From: Bacteroidales bacterium
GTDB taxonomy: Bacteria > Bacteroidota > Bacteroidia > Bacteroidales > F082
Direction: 5' to 3'
Assembly: GCA_024710405.1 (NCBI GenBank)
Contig: JANJUV010000008.1
Coordinates: 3,695-67,694, forward strand
Length of the DNA: 64,000 bases
Shown: in pieces, positions 9,106-18,789 of the stretch
How positions within the stretch are numbered: position 1 is the first letter of the stretch
Layout: the number at the start of each line of letters is the position of its first letter
Position numbers and translations under genes: made by a program
Notes under the pieces: model-generated
The model's database searches: none
What the model was told of the DNA's origin: nothing
Seen by the model: only the letters and a program-made list of their open reading frames with translations

Positions 9106-9900
9106 TTATTCCTTTTCGCGCATTTTTCCGTAGCCTTTCATGATGCCGCGGGTGGAGTTGGCGATGAAACTGAGGATTTCGTCGCGGTCGGGCGACACGG
9201 GAACATTTGCCTCTATGTAACTGACCGCCTGAGAAACGTTGTAGCCCTTGAGATAGATGATGCGGTATATGTCCATGATGGCATTGATGCGGTCTTCGCT
9301 GAATCCCCTGCGTCTCAGCCCGATGGAGTTAACGCCTACATAGGAAAGCGGTTCGCGTCCAGCCTTGGTAAAGGGAGGCACATCCTTACGCGCCATGCCG
9401 CCACCCGAAATCATGGAGTGGGCGCCAATCTGCACAAACTGATGCACAGCAGCGAGTCCGCCGATAATGGCCCAATCGTCTATACGGATGTGTCCGGCAA
9501 GGTTACAGGCATTGGCCAGAATAACATTGTTGCCAATGGTGCAGTCGTGCGCCACATGCACATATGCCATAAGCAGACAGTTTTTGCCCACAACGGTTTC
9601 CCAGTTGGCTTTTGTCCCGCGGTTGATGGTCACAAATTCGCGGATGGTAGTGTTGTCGCCGATACGTACGATGGTTTCTTCACCTGCATATTTGAGGTCC
9701 TGAGGGATGGCCGAAATAACCGCGCCGGGGAAAATACGGCAATTCTTGCCGATCCGTGCACCTTCCATGATGGTTACGTTGGAGCCGATCCAGGTACCTT
9801 CTTCAATAATGACATTCTTTTCGATATTCACAAAGGGTTCGATGACCACATTGCTGGCCAGTTTGGCCTGGGGATGAACGTAGGCAAGGGGTTGATTCAT
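9106..9900 (-). CDS. lpxA: Acyl-ACP--UDP-N-acetylglucosamine O-acyltransferase
   Basis: 264 aa. Hexapeptide repeats plus an LpxA-type C-terminal helical domain (GLRRRGFSEDRINAI). Confidence 0.95.
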   Translation of the reverse strand: MNQPLAYVHPQAKLASNVVIEPFVNIEKNVIIEEGTWIGSNVTIMEGARIGKNCRIFPGAVISAIPQDLKYAGEETIVRIGDNTTIREFVTINRGTKANWETVVGKNCLLMAYVHVAHDCTIGNNVILANACNLAGHIRIDDWAIIGGLAAVHQFVQIGAHSMISGGGMARKDVPPFTKAGREPLSYVGVNSIGLRRRGFSEDRINAIMDIYRIIYLKGYNVSQAVSYIEANVPVSPDRDEILSFIANSTRGIMKGYGKMREKE

Positions 9901-9919
9901 TTTTTTTGTCGTTCTGGAG

Positions 9920-11311
9920 TTATTGTTTCCGGGTAATTTGTGCCATAAGACGCCCTTCGGTAACTACCTTGTCACCAACATAGGCTACCCCACGCATATT
10001 GCAGATTCCTCGTCTGATAGGAGCTGTGAGTTCGAGGGAGAAGATAATGGTGTCGCCGGGAACAACTTTATGGCGGAACCTTGCATCTTCAATTTTCAGA
10101 AAGTATGTGATGTAGTTTTCAGGGTCGGGAACCGAGTGCAACACAAAAATACCTCCGGTCTGGGCCATTGCTTCAATCTGCAAAACACCAGGCATGACCG
10201 GCTCCTGAGGAAAATGTCCTACAAAAAAATGTTCATTCATGGTCACATTTTTCAGCCCTATGATGTGGTCTTCGCTGATTTCCAATATTTTGTCAACGAG
10301 CAAAAATGGAGGCCTGTGTGGCAGTATCCGCTGGATCTGCATCACATCGTAGGCCGGTTCCTTGTAAATGTCGAATGGTGGTAGTTTGATCATACTTGCA
10401 GGCTTTATCTGTTGTTTGATTAACTTGGCAAATTCAGTGTTGGCCAGATGTCCTGGTCTGAAAGCAGTTACATGACCTTTAATACGTTTCCCGAGCAAGC
10501 TCAGGTCGCCCACTACATCCAGCAGTTTGTGGCGTGCAGGCTCATTGTCGAAATGCAGATCAAGGTTGTTCAGTATTCCCTCGTCTTTTACTTTAACTTT
10601 GGGTTTATGGAACAATTCGGCAAGGTAATCCAACTGCTCCTGACTAACTTTCTGGTTTACGAATACAATAGCATTACTCAGGTCGCCGCCTTTAATCAGG
10701 TTGTTCTTCAGCAAAAACTCAAGCTCGTGCAGAAAAACAAAAGTGCGGCAGGGGGCAATTTCCGTGACAAATTCATCCAGCGTCTCCATGGTGGCATACT
10801 GCACGTTGAGCACCTCGGTGTTGTAGTCAATTTTCACGTCCACCTTATATCCATCATAAGGTACTATACTCAACTCGAAGCCTTTTGATTCATCTTTAAG
10901 GCTGATTTCGCGGTCAATGATAAGGTATTGACGGTCGGCCTTCTGTTCTTCTTTTCCCGCTTTTTCAAGGGCTTCAACAAAAAATCTGGCACTACCATCG
11001 CGTATGGGAATCTCTTCCATGTCGAGATCAATCAGCACATTGTCGATGCCCATACCTGTAAGCGCCGAAAGCACGTGTTCAATGGTATATACACGCGCTC
11101 CTTTATGTGCCAGAGTTGTTCCCCGGGCAGTATCCACAACATGTTCTACAAGTGCTGGAATCAGGGGCTTTTCGGGAAGGTCAATCCTGCGGAACTGAAC
11201 CCCGTGGTTGTCAGGAGCTGGCCTGAAAGTTAATGTTCCATGCTGACCTGTGTGCAGGCCCGTACCTTCAACGCTGACAGCATGGATGATGGTACATTGT
11301 TTTTCCGGCAT
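9920..11311 (-). CDS. lpxC-fabZ: Bifunctional UDP-3-O-acyl-GlcNAc deacetylase / 3-hydroxyacyl-ACP dehydratase
   Basis: 463 aa. The N-terminal half is LpxC (GTGLHTGQ..., TIEHVLSAL, HKLLDVVGDL) and the C-terminal half is FabZ (LPHRPPFLLVDKI...FFVGHFP..PVMPGVL). This fusion is typical of Bacteroidota. Confidence 0.95.
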   Translation of the reverse strand: MPEKQCTIIHAVSVEGTGLHTGQHGTLTFRPAPDNHGVQFRRIDLPEKPLIPALVEHVVDTARGTTLAHKGARVYTIEHVLSALTGMGIDNVLIDLDMEEIPIRDGSARFFVEALEKAGKEEQKADRQYLIIDREISLKDESKGFELSIVPYDGYKVDVKIDYNTEVLNVQYATMETLDEFVTEIAPCRTFVFLHELEFLLKNNLIKGGDLSNAIVFVNQKVSQEQLDYLAELFHKPKVKVKDEGILNNLDLHFDNEPARHKLLDVVGDLSLLGKRIKGHVTAFRPGHLANTEFAKLIKQQIKPASMIKLPPFDIYKEPAYDVMQIQRILPHRPPFLLVDKILEISEDHIIGLKNVTMNEHFFVGHFPQEPVMPGVLQIEAMAQTGGIFVLHSVPDPENYITYFLKIEDARFRHKVVPGDTIIFSLELTAPIRRGICNMRGVAYVGDKVVTEGRLMAQITRKQ

Positions 11312-11393
11312 AAGTTAATTTAGGGCTATGGGCGGAACGAGATTCAAATTTCGGCAAATGTAAAAAAAATGATTCAGTCTCGGTAGTTTAACC

Positions 11394-12425
11394 TTAATCC
11401 GTCTGTTGTAGTTTCTTTTCCAGCGCCTTGATGCGGTCCGACATCTGTTCGAGACGCTTCATATACACCACCACCCTTTTATACTCGCTTAGGGGCATCA
11501 CCGGCGAACCCATATATACCTGGTCTTTTTCCCGAAGGCTGCTGCCTACGCCTGACTGTGCCGCCAGTTTCACCCCGTCGGCAATCTGCAGGTGACCTGC
11601 CAGCCCGACCTGACCGCCAAACATACAGTCGCGTCCTACTTTTGTTGATCCGCTGATACCTGTTTGAGCAGCAATTACAGTGTTTTCGCCAATTTCAACA
11701 TTGTGGGCAATCTGTATCAGATTGTCGAGTTTCACGCCTTTGCGGATGTGGGTGGAGCCAAGCGTAGCACGGTCAATGGTGGTGTTGGCACCGATTTCCA
11801 CATCGTCTTCGAGTACCACATTGCCTATCTGGGGAACTTTTTGGTACTCATTGCCAGCCTGTGGTGCAAATCCAAAGCCATCGCTTCCCAGCACCGAACC
11901 GGCATGTATGGTGCAGCGCGCTCCGATCACCGTCCCGGCATAAAGTTTCACTCCGGGATGCAAGACAGTGTCGTCGCCAACCACACAATCATCACCGATA
12001 TAAACCTGAGGATACACTTTAACACGGTTTCCGATGTTGACGCGATCCCCTACAAAAGCAAATTCGCCAATGTACACCTCCTCTCCGCACACAGCAGATT
12101 CTGAAATGAATGAAAGCCCTGAAATACCTTTTTTGTCGGATCTGAAACGGTTGTAGAAGTCGAGGAGGGTAGCAAAAGCCGTGTATGGATCCTTTACCCT
12201 TATAAGCGTTGAAACAACAGGCTTCTCGGGTTGAAAATCATCATTAACAAGAACAATAGAGGCCTGTGTAGTATAAATGTATGCGGTATATTTCGGGTTG
12301 GCAAGAAAACTCAATTCGCCGGGTTTACCTTCTTCAATTCTAGCCACATTGTTAACGGCTGCATCCGGATTACCTTCAATCTTACCCTGAATCAGGGCGG
12401 CAATTTGTTCGGCAGTAAAGTACAT
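11394..12425 (-). CDS. lpxD: UDP-3-O-acylglucosamine N-acyltransferase, canonical length (343 aa)
   Basis: Hexapeptide repeats, an N-terminal uridine-binding-type domain and a C-terminal coiled helix ([16 protein letters not shown]). Confidence 0.92.
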   Translation of the reverse strand: MYFTAEQIAALIQGKIEGNPDAAVNNVARIEEGKPGELSFLANPKYTAYIYTTQASIVLVNDDFQPEKPVVSTLIRVKDPYTAFATLLDFYNRFRSDKKGISGLSFISESAVCGEEVYIGEFAFVGDRVNIGNRVKVYPQVYIGDDCVVGDDTVLHPGVKLYAGTVIGARCTIHAGSVLGSDGFGFAPQAGNEYQKVPQIGNVVLEDDVEIGANTTIDRATLGSTHIRKGVKLDNLIQIAHNVEIGENTVIAAQTGISGSTKVGRDCMFGGQVGLAGHLQIADGVKLAAQSGVGSSLREKDQVYMGSPVMPLSEYKRVVVYMKRLEQMSDRIKALEKKLQQTD

Positions 12426-12538
12426 GCGTTAGTTTTGGGGTGCAAGATACATCTTTTTCCGACATTGCGGCTGATGAATGAAACGGTTATTGCTGGCTTA
12501 TTCTATCTAAAATGCTATGTGTCATAGGTGTTGCACCA

Positions 12539-12697
12539 CATGCCACAAAGACACCAAGACACCATGCATCACAAAAGCCAAATTCTGCTTTATCAATACT
12601 TTGTTCAACTAAGTGCCTTCGTGCATTGGTGGCAAGAATGAAAGTTCATCCTAACTCTTTGGCACTCTGTGGTTCTCTGTGGAACTCTGTGCCATAG
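12539..12697. repeat. Imperfect-palindromic intergenic element (GCCACAAAG / CTTTGTGGC family), copy A
   Basis: The left arm is CATGCCACAAAGACACCAAGACACCATGCATCAC (starting at 12539). The right arm is TGGTTCTCTGTGGAACTCTGTGCCATAG (ending at 12697). The two arms are inverted relative to each other. A third related unit, GTGCCTTCGTGCATTGGTGGCAAG, lies at 12613..12636. Confidence 0.7.
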
Positions 12698-12775
12698 CTG
12701 TTGCTTCACTAAAAAAAACAGACACACACTTCCCATCAAAATGGTGAATGATGGACGATGGTCTTACTTTAATTG

Positions 12776-12783
12776 TAGTTTTG
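12776..12783 (+). promoter_or_regulatory. Candidate -7 box TAGTTTTG upstream of the CNNM/CBS gene
   Basis: Matches TAnnTTTG. Lies 27 nt upstream of ATG 12810. Confidence 0.4.
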
Positions 12784-12809
12784 TGCAAAATTTCCATCAT
12801 CAAAAAGAG

Positions 12810-13865
12810 ATGACCCTATTATTTACCTATCTGTTTATTGCTCTGTTTATTTCGTTCCTCTGCTCAATTATGGAATCAGTTCTTCTTTCCACTCCGGTAA
12901 CTTTTCTGAAGATGAAACTCGAAAAGGGAAAGACAGGTGCATCCATCATGATTGCTCAAAAGAAAAAAATTGACCGGCCCCTCTCCGCCATATTATCTCT
13001 GAATACCGTGGCGCATACTGTGGGTGCTGCCGGAGTCGGAGCTGAGGCCGTAAAGGTTTTTGGAGAGGCCTACTTTGGTTTGATTTCTGCGATACTGACC
13101 ATACTTATTCTCGTGCTTACCGAAATCATCCCCAAAACCATTGGTGCACGTTATTGGAAAAACTTAGCTGTAGTTTCAGGAAAAATCATTCAATGGATGA
13201 TCTGGTTCACCTGGCCGCTGGTATTCGTTTCCTCACTCATCACACGCATGATCTCTGGCAAAAGCGGGGAGCCATCTGTCAGTCGAGAAGAAATCTCTAT
13301 TCTTGCCAATATCGGAACAGAAGAAGGACTTTTTGCTGAGAAAGAAAACCTCATCATACAAAATCTTATCCGGCTACGTTCGGTAAAAGTATCGGAAGTG
13401 ATGACCCCCCGTGTGGTGCTTGCCATGGCTGATGAAAACATGAAACTGGATGATTTTTTGAAAAATAAGGAATATCTGCGGTTCTCGCGCATACCCGTGT
13501 ATGAGGGCAAAGAGGAAAACGTTACCGGTTATGTTTTCAGGCAATCTGTCTTTGAAAAACTGGCTGAAGACAAGGATAACCTCAGACTGAAGGACATCAG
13601 GCGCGAAGTATTGTTTATTCCTTCTACAAAGCCACTGCTGAGTGTTTGGGAGTTTCTGCTCGAAAAAAAGGAGCATATGACAATGGTAGTGGATGAATAT
13701 GGCGGACTCGACGGAATTGTCACCATGGAAGATATCATCGAAACATTGCTTGGCTTCGAAATTGTGGACGAAAAAGACACCATAGCCGACATGCAGCAAT
13801 ATGCCCGCGAACGCTGGCGACTCAGGCAGGAAAAGTATTCCCATATGGAATTTGGCAAAGAATAG
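12810..13865 (+). CDS. CNNM (DUF21) + CBS-pair membrane protein, CorB/hemolysin-family divalent-cation transporter-like
   Basis: Start moved to ATG 12810 (MTLLFTYLFIALFISFLCSIMESVLLS), because the upstream part of the listed ORF lies in the repeat element. DUF21 helices are followed by CBS motifs (VSEVMTPR..., GIVTMEDIIETLLG). The protein ends before any CorC_HlyC domain. Confidence 0.85.
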   Translation: MTLLFTYLFIALFISFLCSIMESVLLSTPVTFLKMKLEKGKTGASIMIAQKKKIDRPLSAILSLNTVAHTVGAAGVGAEAVKVFGEAYFGLISAILTILILVLTEIIPKTIGARYWKNLAVVSGKIIQWMIWFTWPLVFVSSLITRMISGKSGEPSVSREEISILANIGTEEGLFAEKENLIIQNLIRLRSVKVSEVMTPRVVLAMADENMKLDDFLKNKEYLRFSRIPVYEGKEENVTGYVFRQSVFEKLAEDKDNLRLKDIRREVLFIPSTKPLLSVWEFLLEKKEHMTMVVDEYGGLDGIVTMEDIIETLLGFEIVDEKDTIADMQQYARERWRLRQEKYSHMEFGKE

Positions 13866-14013
13866 ACCTTCTTGTTCAACTCCTGTTCAGCACTATCTTC
13901 TCAGCACAATTAAACTCCCTGACGGTTTTATATAATGTAATTTTAAGGATTTCTTAACACAACCGGTCTCATAAGGTTTTAGCTTGCCATTCCAATTAAA
14001 AACTAAAACCATA

Positions 14014-16785
14014 ATGATTAAAAAACTTACCCTCAGCATTCTAACTTTCTTTTTGATGGTTTCCCTTCATGCACAGCAATCAGGTAACATCAAAGGACGC
14101 ATTCTCGACTCGGATAACCTTTCCATGCCGGGAGCCACAATTATTATCAAATCGTTATCGAAAGGAGTTGTTTCAGACAATTTTGGTAACTATACTCTCG
14201 CAGGTGTTCCTGCAGGGGAGCATGAAGTATCGGTGAGCTACATAGGCTATATGCCTGTGAGCCAAAAAGTAACTGTGCAGGCGGGGCGCACCGTAACAGC
14301 CGATTTCAACATGGAAGCAGGAATTGAGCTTTCCGAGATCACCGTTTCGGGTCAGTTACAGGGACAGTCGAAAGCACTCAACACTCAGATGAACAAAGGC
14401 AACATTACCAACATCATTTCGAGTGACCAGGTAGGTCGTTTTCCGGATGCCAACATCGGTGATGCATTGAAAAGAATTCCCGGTATTAACGTTCAGTATG
14501 ATCAGGGTGAAGCACGCTTTGGCAACATCAGGGGAACTGCGCCGCAGTATAACTCAGTAATGATTAACGGCGAACGAATTCCTTCAGCCGAAGCTGAAGA
14601 CCGTACCGTGCAACTCGACCTTGTTCCCTCCGATATGGTTCAATCCATAGAAGTAAACAAAGCGGTTACTCCCGATATGGATGCTGATGCCATCGGTGGT
14701 GCCGTAAACCTTGTTACCCGCTCGGCTCCCTACGACCGTAGGGTGAGTCTTACTCTCGGCTCGGGATACAACCTCCTGGCCAACAAACCCATGCTCAACG
14801 GTTCAATTATTTTAGGAGAGCGTTTCATTAACAATAAATTAGGAGTTATCCTGAGCGCTTCCTACCACAACCACCAGCTCGGCAGCGATAATTTTGAAGC
14901 AGAATGGAATTACCTGGATGAGGATGACAAAGATAATTCAGCATACACCGAGGTAATCGAACTCCGTCAATACTACTTGCAACGTATTCGCCAAAGTTAC
15001 TCACTGTCATTGGATTATGCTTTCAACCCTAACCACACCATTTTCCTGAACGGAATTTACAACCACCGCAATGACTGGGAAAATCGCTACAGAACCATTT
15101 ATACCGGAATTGAGTACAATGAAGATGATAAGGTTTGGGAAGGCGAAATCAGGAAAGAAACCAAAGGGGGAACCCCTGATATCAAAAATGCCCGTCTTGA
15201 AGACCAGCGAATGATGAGTTTTGCATTGGGTGGCGATCACCAGTTTGGAAAAATAGAAGTTGACTGGACTGCTTCTTACAGCAAAGCTTCTGAAGAAAGA
15301 CCCAATGAACGTTATATGAGCCTAAGGAAAAAGAATCTTGTTTTTGGAACTGATTTCAGCGACAAAAAACTCCCAAAAATTACCAGCGTAACTCCGGAAG
15401 CTGATGCTGATATCAATGCTGATTATTCAATAAGAGAGATCACAGAAGAATTCCAGTTGACTGAAGACATCGACAATAACTTTAAAGTCAACATTCTGAT
15501 ACCCATGCTCGAAAATAAATACAAAAACAGCCTAAAGGTAGGTGTCAGGTATAAGGGAAAAGAAAAGATGCGAGACAATTATCTGTTTGAATATGAGCCT
15601 GTTGACGAAGTCGGCTTCATCACCCAGACCATAAATAATCTTGAAGATTTCAGCAAGGATGATTTTCTTGCCGGTGATTATATGGTTGGTAATCAAATTA
15701 CAAAAGAGTATCTTGGAGACCTTGACCTTACAAACAGTGCGTTGTTTGAAGAATCAGCTTTGGCGGAAGCAGAAGCAGGCGATTTCAATGCCACCGAAAA
15801 CATCATTGGTGGTTACCTGATGCTCAATCAAAACATCGGAAAAAACCTATTCCTGATTGCAGGTGTAAGGTTTGAGAATACTTCACAGGAGTATCAAGGA
15901 AACTCATATGATGCCGACGAAGACGAAATTACACCTACAGATAAAGTTTCCGATTCATACCTGAATATCCTGCCCGGCCTGCATGCCAAATACAACTTCA
16001 ACCCAACTACCATTCTCAGAGCCGCCTGGACGAATACGCTTGCACGTCCCAACTACTTTGCCCTTGTACCCTACCGCGAAATCGTCCGTGAAGACAACGA
16101 AATTTCAATCGGTAACCCTGAACTGATTCCCACTACCTCGATGAATCTTGACCTGATGATCGAAAAATACTTCAGAACAATTGGTATTGTATCGGCCGGT
16201 ATTTTCTACAAAGACATCAAAGATTTCATTGTTACCGAAACCAAAGAAGACTTTGTGTTTGAAGGAAACGAATGGAGTACATTCAGCCAGCCGATCAATG
16301 GTGGTAACGGTCAACTATTTGGTTTAGAGTTTGCCGCCCAGCGTCAGCTTGACTTCCTCCCCGGATTCTTATCGGGCTTTGGAGTTTATGCCAATTACAC
16401 CTACACCTCGAGCGAAATCAGCGATTTCCGCATCGAAGGACGTGAAGATGACAAAGACCTCAGCCTTCCAGGTACCGCAAAACATACACTTAATGCTTCT
16501 TTGTCTTACGACACAAAAAAATTCTCTTTCCGCACCTCTTTGAACTATGCCAGCGATTTCGTGGAAGAATTTGGTGAAGAAAAATTCTTCGACAGATATT
16601 ATGACAAAGTTATGTATCTGGATATCAATGCAAACTATGCATTTACACCAAAATTCAGGGTGTATGCCGAAGTCCTGAACCTCACTAATCAGCCTCTGTA
16701 TTACTATCAGGGAATCAGCTCAAGGGTGATGCAGGCCGAGTATTATAACATGCGCCTTCAGTTTGGTGTGAAATTCGATTTATAA
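14014..16785 (+). CDS. TonB-dependent outer-membrane receptor with N-terminal carboxypeptidase-regulatory-like domain
   Basis: Signal peptide from ATG 14014 (MIKKLTLSILTFFLMVSLHAQ). Also a CarboxypepD_reg-like segment (GRILDSDNLSMPGATIIIKS), a plug (DALKRIPGINVQ) and a long beta-barrel. No SusD-like gene follows. Confidence 0.9.
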   Translation: MIKKLTLSILTFFLMVSLHAQQSGNIKGRILDSDNLSMPGATIIIKSLSKGVVSDNFGNYTLAGVPAGEHEVSVSYIGYMPVSQKVTVQAGRTVTADFNMEAGIELSEITVSGQLQGQSKALNTQMNKGNITNIISSDQVGRFPDANIGDALKRIPGINVQYDQGEARFGNIRGTAPQYNSVMINGERIPSAEAEDRTVQLDLVPSDMVQSIEVNKAVTPDMDADAIGGAVNLVTRSAPYDRRVSLTLGSGYNLLANKPMLNGSIILGERFINNKLGVILSASYHNHQLGSDNFEAEWNYLDEDDKDNSAYTEVIELRQYYLQRIRQSYSLSLDYAFNPNHTIFLNGIYNHRNDWENRYRTIYTGIEYNEDDKVWEGEIRKETKGGTPDIKNARLEDQRMMSFALGGDHQFGKIEVDWTASYSKASEERPNERYMSLRKKNLVFGTDFSDKKLPKITSVTPEADADINADYSIREITEEFQLTEDIDNNFKVNILIPMLENKYKNSLKVGVRYKGKEKMRDNYLFEYEPVDEVGFITQTINNLEDFSKDDFLAGDYMVGNQITKEYLGDLDLTNSALFEESALAEAEAGDFNATENIIGGYLMLNQNIGKNLFLIAGVRFENTSQEYQGNSYDADEDEITPTDKVSDSYLNILPGLHAKYNFNPTTILRAAWTNTLARPNYFALVPYREIVREDNEISIGNPELIPTTSMNLDLMIEKYFRTIGIVSAGIFYKDIKDFIVTETKEDFVFEGNEWSTFSQPINGGNGQLFGLEFAAQRQLDFLPGFLSGFGVYANYTYTSSEISDFRIEGREDDKDLSLPGTAKHTLNASLSYDTKKFSFRTSLNYASDFVEEFGEEKFFDRYYDKVMYLDINANYAFTPKFRVYAEVLNLTNQPLYYYQGISSRVMQAEYYNMRLQFGVKFDL

Positions 16786-16800
16786 TTTAATCCTAGATTA

Positions 16801-16840
16801 AAAGAGTGTTCCGTTTCTAATACGGAACACTCTTTTTATA
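16801..16840 (+). terminator. Rho-independent terminator after the TonB receptor gene
   Basis: A perfect 14-bp stem, AAAGAGTGTTCCGT (16801..16814) paired with ACGGAACACTCTTT (16822..16835), with a 7-nt loop and then TTATA. Confidence 0.8.
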
Positions 16841-16933
16841 TCCGTTTTGATGTATATCATTAACTCTTCCAACTGCCATAACCTGTTGATAGCTCAAGAC
16901 ACTAACCTAATACATTGCCCCATTGATTAAGCA

Positions 16934-16941
16934 TATATTTG
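16934..16941 (+). promoter_or_regulatory. Candidate -7 box TATATTTG upstream of the exported pyrophosphatase gene
   Basis: Matches TAnnTTTG. Lies 18 nt upstream of ATG 16959. Confidence 0.4.
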
Positions 16942-16958
16942 CGCACAATTACAGCAAA

Positions 16959-17645
16959 ATGAAACAAAAGGAATCTGTACAGCAAAGCAAATTGATCCAA
17001 GCAATAAACAATCAATTCAGGATTGCAATGCTGGTATTCTCTGCCTTTCTGATTTCATGCGGCAACAATGCGTCTTACAATAACATTCAGTCTGAACAAG
17101 ACCTTCTCCGAGATATAGCGACCTTCACATCAGATTCGCTCGTGCAGGTTGTCATAGAAATTCCGGCCGGAACCAACGAAAAATGGGAAGTGAACAAAAC
17201 AACAGGCCGGCTTGAATGGGAGGTGCTCAAAAATGGTGAAAAACGAATGATCAGATACCTTGGATATCCGGCCAATTATGGTTTTGTTCCTCAGACAGTG
17301 GTTGATAAATCAACAGGAGGCGATGGTGATCCGGCCGATGTTTTTGTGCTTGGGCCGGCAATAGCACGAGGAAGTATTGTTGCAGTAAAATTAATAGGCA
17401 TGATCAATATGCGCGACAACAACGAGGCTGATCCCAAACTGTTAGCGGTCTGCGCTGATGACACAATATTCAATATCAATTCGCTTCAGGAGCTCATGGA
17501 TAACCATCCCGGAATAATTGAAATTATCAAGCTTTGGCTGGTTCACTATAAAGGACCAAATCATGTTGAAATCGTTTCAGAAAGAGACGAAGAAGCAGCA
17601 TTAAGATATATAAGTGAAGCACATAACACTTTTATTAACGATTAA
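16959..17645 (+). CDS. Family I inorganic pyrophosphatase with N-terminal lipoprotein signal (exported)
   Basis: PPase core motifs: VVIEIPAGTNEKWEVNKTTG, YPANYGFVPQTV, GGDGDPADVFVLG, KLIGMINMRDNNEADPKLLAV. These are preceded by MLVFSAFLISCGNN, a signal peptide with a lipobox Cys. Confidence 0.85.
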   Translation: MKQKESVQQSKLIQAINNQFRIAMLVFSAFLISCGNNASYNNIQSEQDLLRDIATFTSDSLVQVVIEIPAGTNEKWEVNKTTGRLEWEVLKNGEKRMIRYLGYPANYGFVPQTVVDKSTGGDGDPADVFVLGPAIARGSIVAVKLIGMINMRDNNEADPKLLAVCADDTIFNINSLQELMDNHPGIIEIIKLWLVHYKGPNHVEIVSERDEEAALRYISEAHNTFIND

Positions 17646-17653
17646 ATAAACTA

Positions 17654-18601
17654 ATGAACATGAAAAAACTGCTAAAGCTGTTAATTCTCCCCTTGGCATT
17701 GCTCATGGGAAGTTGGACAATCAATCATTCTGCCAGTTACAATTCAACGAATGAATTTGGCATACATACACCATCCGATTTGCCGAAGATGGCCACTCCC
17801 GGCGAGAAGGATACTATCCTCCTTCGCGTTGCATTTCTGGGTGATGCAGAACCCAAGCCACTTGCCGAATTTCCGGGAATGTCAGCAGCAGTTGATCAGA
17901 TTAACACTCTTGGCCAAACGCAACATATTGATTTTGTGATTGGTGTTGGTGATATTGCACACAAAGGAACTGAAATCCAATATCAGGCGGCCACTCCGGT
18001 GCTTCAAAAACTTGCACATCCTTTTTATCCCATCATGGGAAACGAAGAGCATGGAAGCACTGTGGATCGTTTCCTTTATTATGCGAAACAGTGGAACAAA
18101 AAAGTTGACAGCACAAAGTATGTTTTGGAATTTGACCAGCTTGCCTTTGTCTTTGCCTCACCTGACTTTAGCCGGGATTTCGACAATAAGGGCGCAGGTT
18201 GGATACTGGAACAAATTCAGCGATTGGCACCAAAACCCATTATTCTTATCGTTCACGGAGCACAAAAAGGCGTGTATCCCGAAAACCGCAAAAAAGGTAT
18301 CGGCAACCGCATGTTCCGCAAAAAAGTAATTGCCCAGCCCAATCTTGCAGTTGTTGTCTCCGGCGACCTGCACATGGATATGGATCGCACAGGACATTCT
18401 AAAAAGATAAAAAACGTGCAGTACCTTCATATACCTGCCTTGGAGCGCACCAAAATTCCTGATGAAACAAGACATACGCCTATGTTTCGTGTGATGACAA
18501 TTTATCAAGACGGAAAAGTCACTGTTGATACTTACGCAGTTGGTGACACCAACCCAAAGAAAGAACATGCTTATTCCTTTTCCATTACACTAGTAAAGTG
18601 A
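17654..18601 (+). CDS. Exported calcineurin-like metallophosphoesterase
   Basis: Signal peptide MNMKKLLKLLILPLALLMG. Metallophosphoesterase-like motifs: FLGDAEP, GVGDIAHKG, MGNEEHG, LIVHGA, SGDLHMD. Confidence 0.8.
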   Translation: MNMKKLLKLLILPLALLMGSWTINHSASYNSTNEFGIHTPSDLPKMATPGEKDTILLRVAFLGDAEPKPLAEFPGMSAAVDQINTLGQTQHIDFVIGVGDIAHKGTEIQYQAATPVLQKLAHPFYPIMGNEEHGSTVDRFLYYAKQWNKKVDSTKYVLEFDQLAFVFASPDFSRDFDNKGAGWILEQIQRLAPKPIILIVHGAQKGVYPENRKKGIGNRMFRKKVIAQPNLAVVVSGDLHMDMDRTGHSKKIKNVQYLHIPALERTKIPDETRHTPMFRVMTIYQDGKVTVDTYAVGDTNPKKEHAYSFSITLVK

Positions 18602-18715
18602 AAATGATTCAGACAGGCCCAACATACTCCCTACCTTTCGTTGTTCACTCCTTCCTGAAACATTAGAAGTATAAAATGCTGAATTCTTTTTTTACCAATG
18701 AGACGCGAAAACACA

Positions 18716-18789
18716 ATGTTTCACAAAGCACTAATATCTAAACATATAGTTTTAGTGATTCTTGGTGACCTGGTGTCTTTGTGGCATAG
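18716..18789. repeat. Imperfect-palindromic intergenic element (GCCACAAAG / CTTTGTGGC family), copy B
   Basis: The right arm AGTGATTCTTGGTGACCTGGTGTCTTTGTGGCATAG (18754..18789) matches the reverse complement of copy A's left arm at about 29 of 33 positions. That match includes a 17-nt identity, TGGTGTCTTTGTGGCAT. The left arm ATGTTTCACAAAGCAC is the inverted partner. Confidence 0.7.

Noticed and set aside
9079-9936. A 285-aa plus-strand ORF, together with similar long ORFs at 5274..6020, 43825..44445, 10448..10888, 11664..12104 and 26069..26473.
   Set aside because: Each lies antisense to, or out of frame with, a gene carrying strong family motifs (lpxA, TlpA-like, DUF58, lpxC-fabZ, lpxD, aroA). 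None has any recognisable motif of its own. They are shadow ORFs.
12512-12697. A 61-aa ORF, and the N-terminal 47 codons of ORF 12669..13865.
   Set aside because: Both are translations of the palindromic repeat element. The CNNM protein's conserved hydrophobic N-terminus begins at ATG 12810, downstream of a -7 box.
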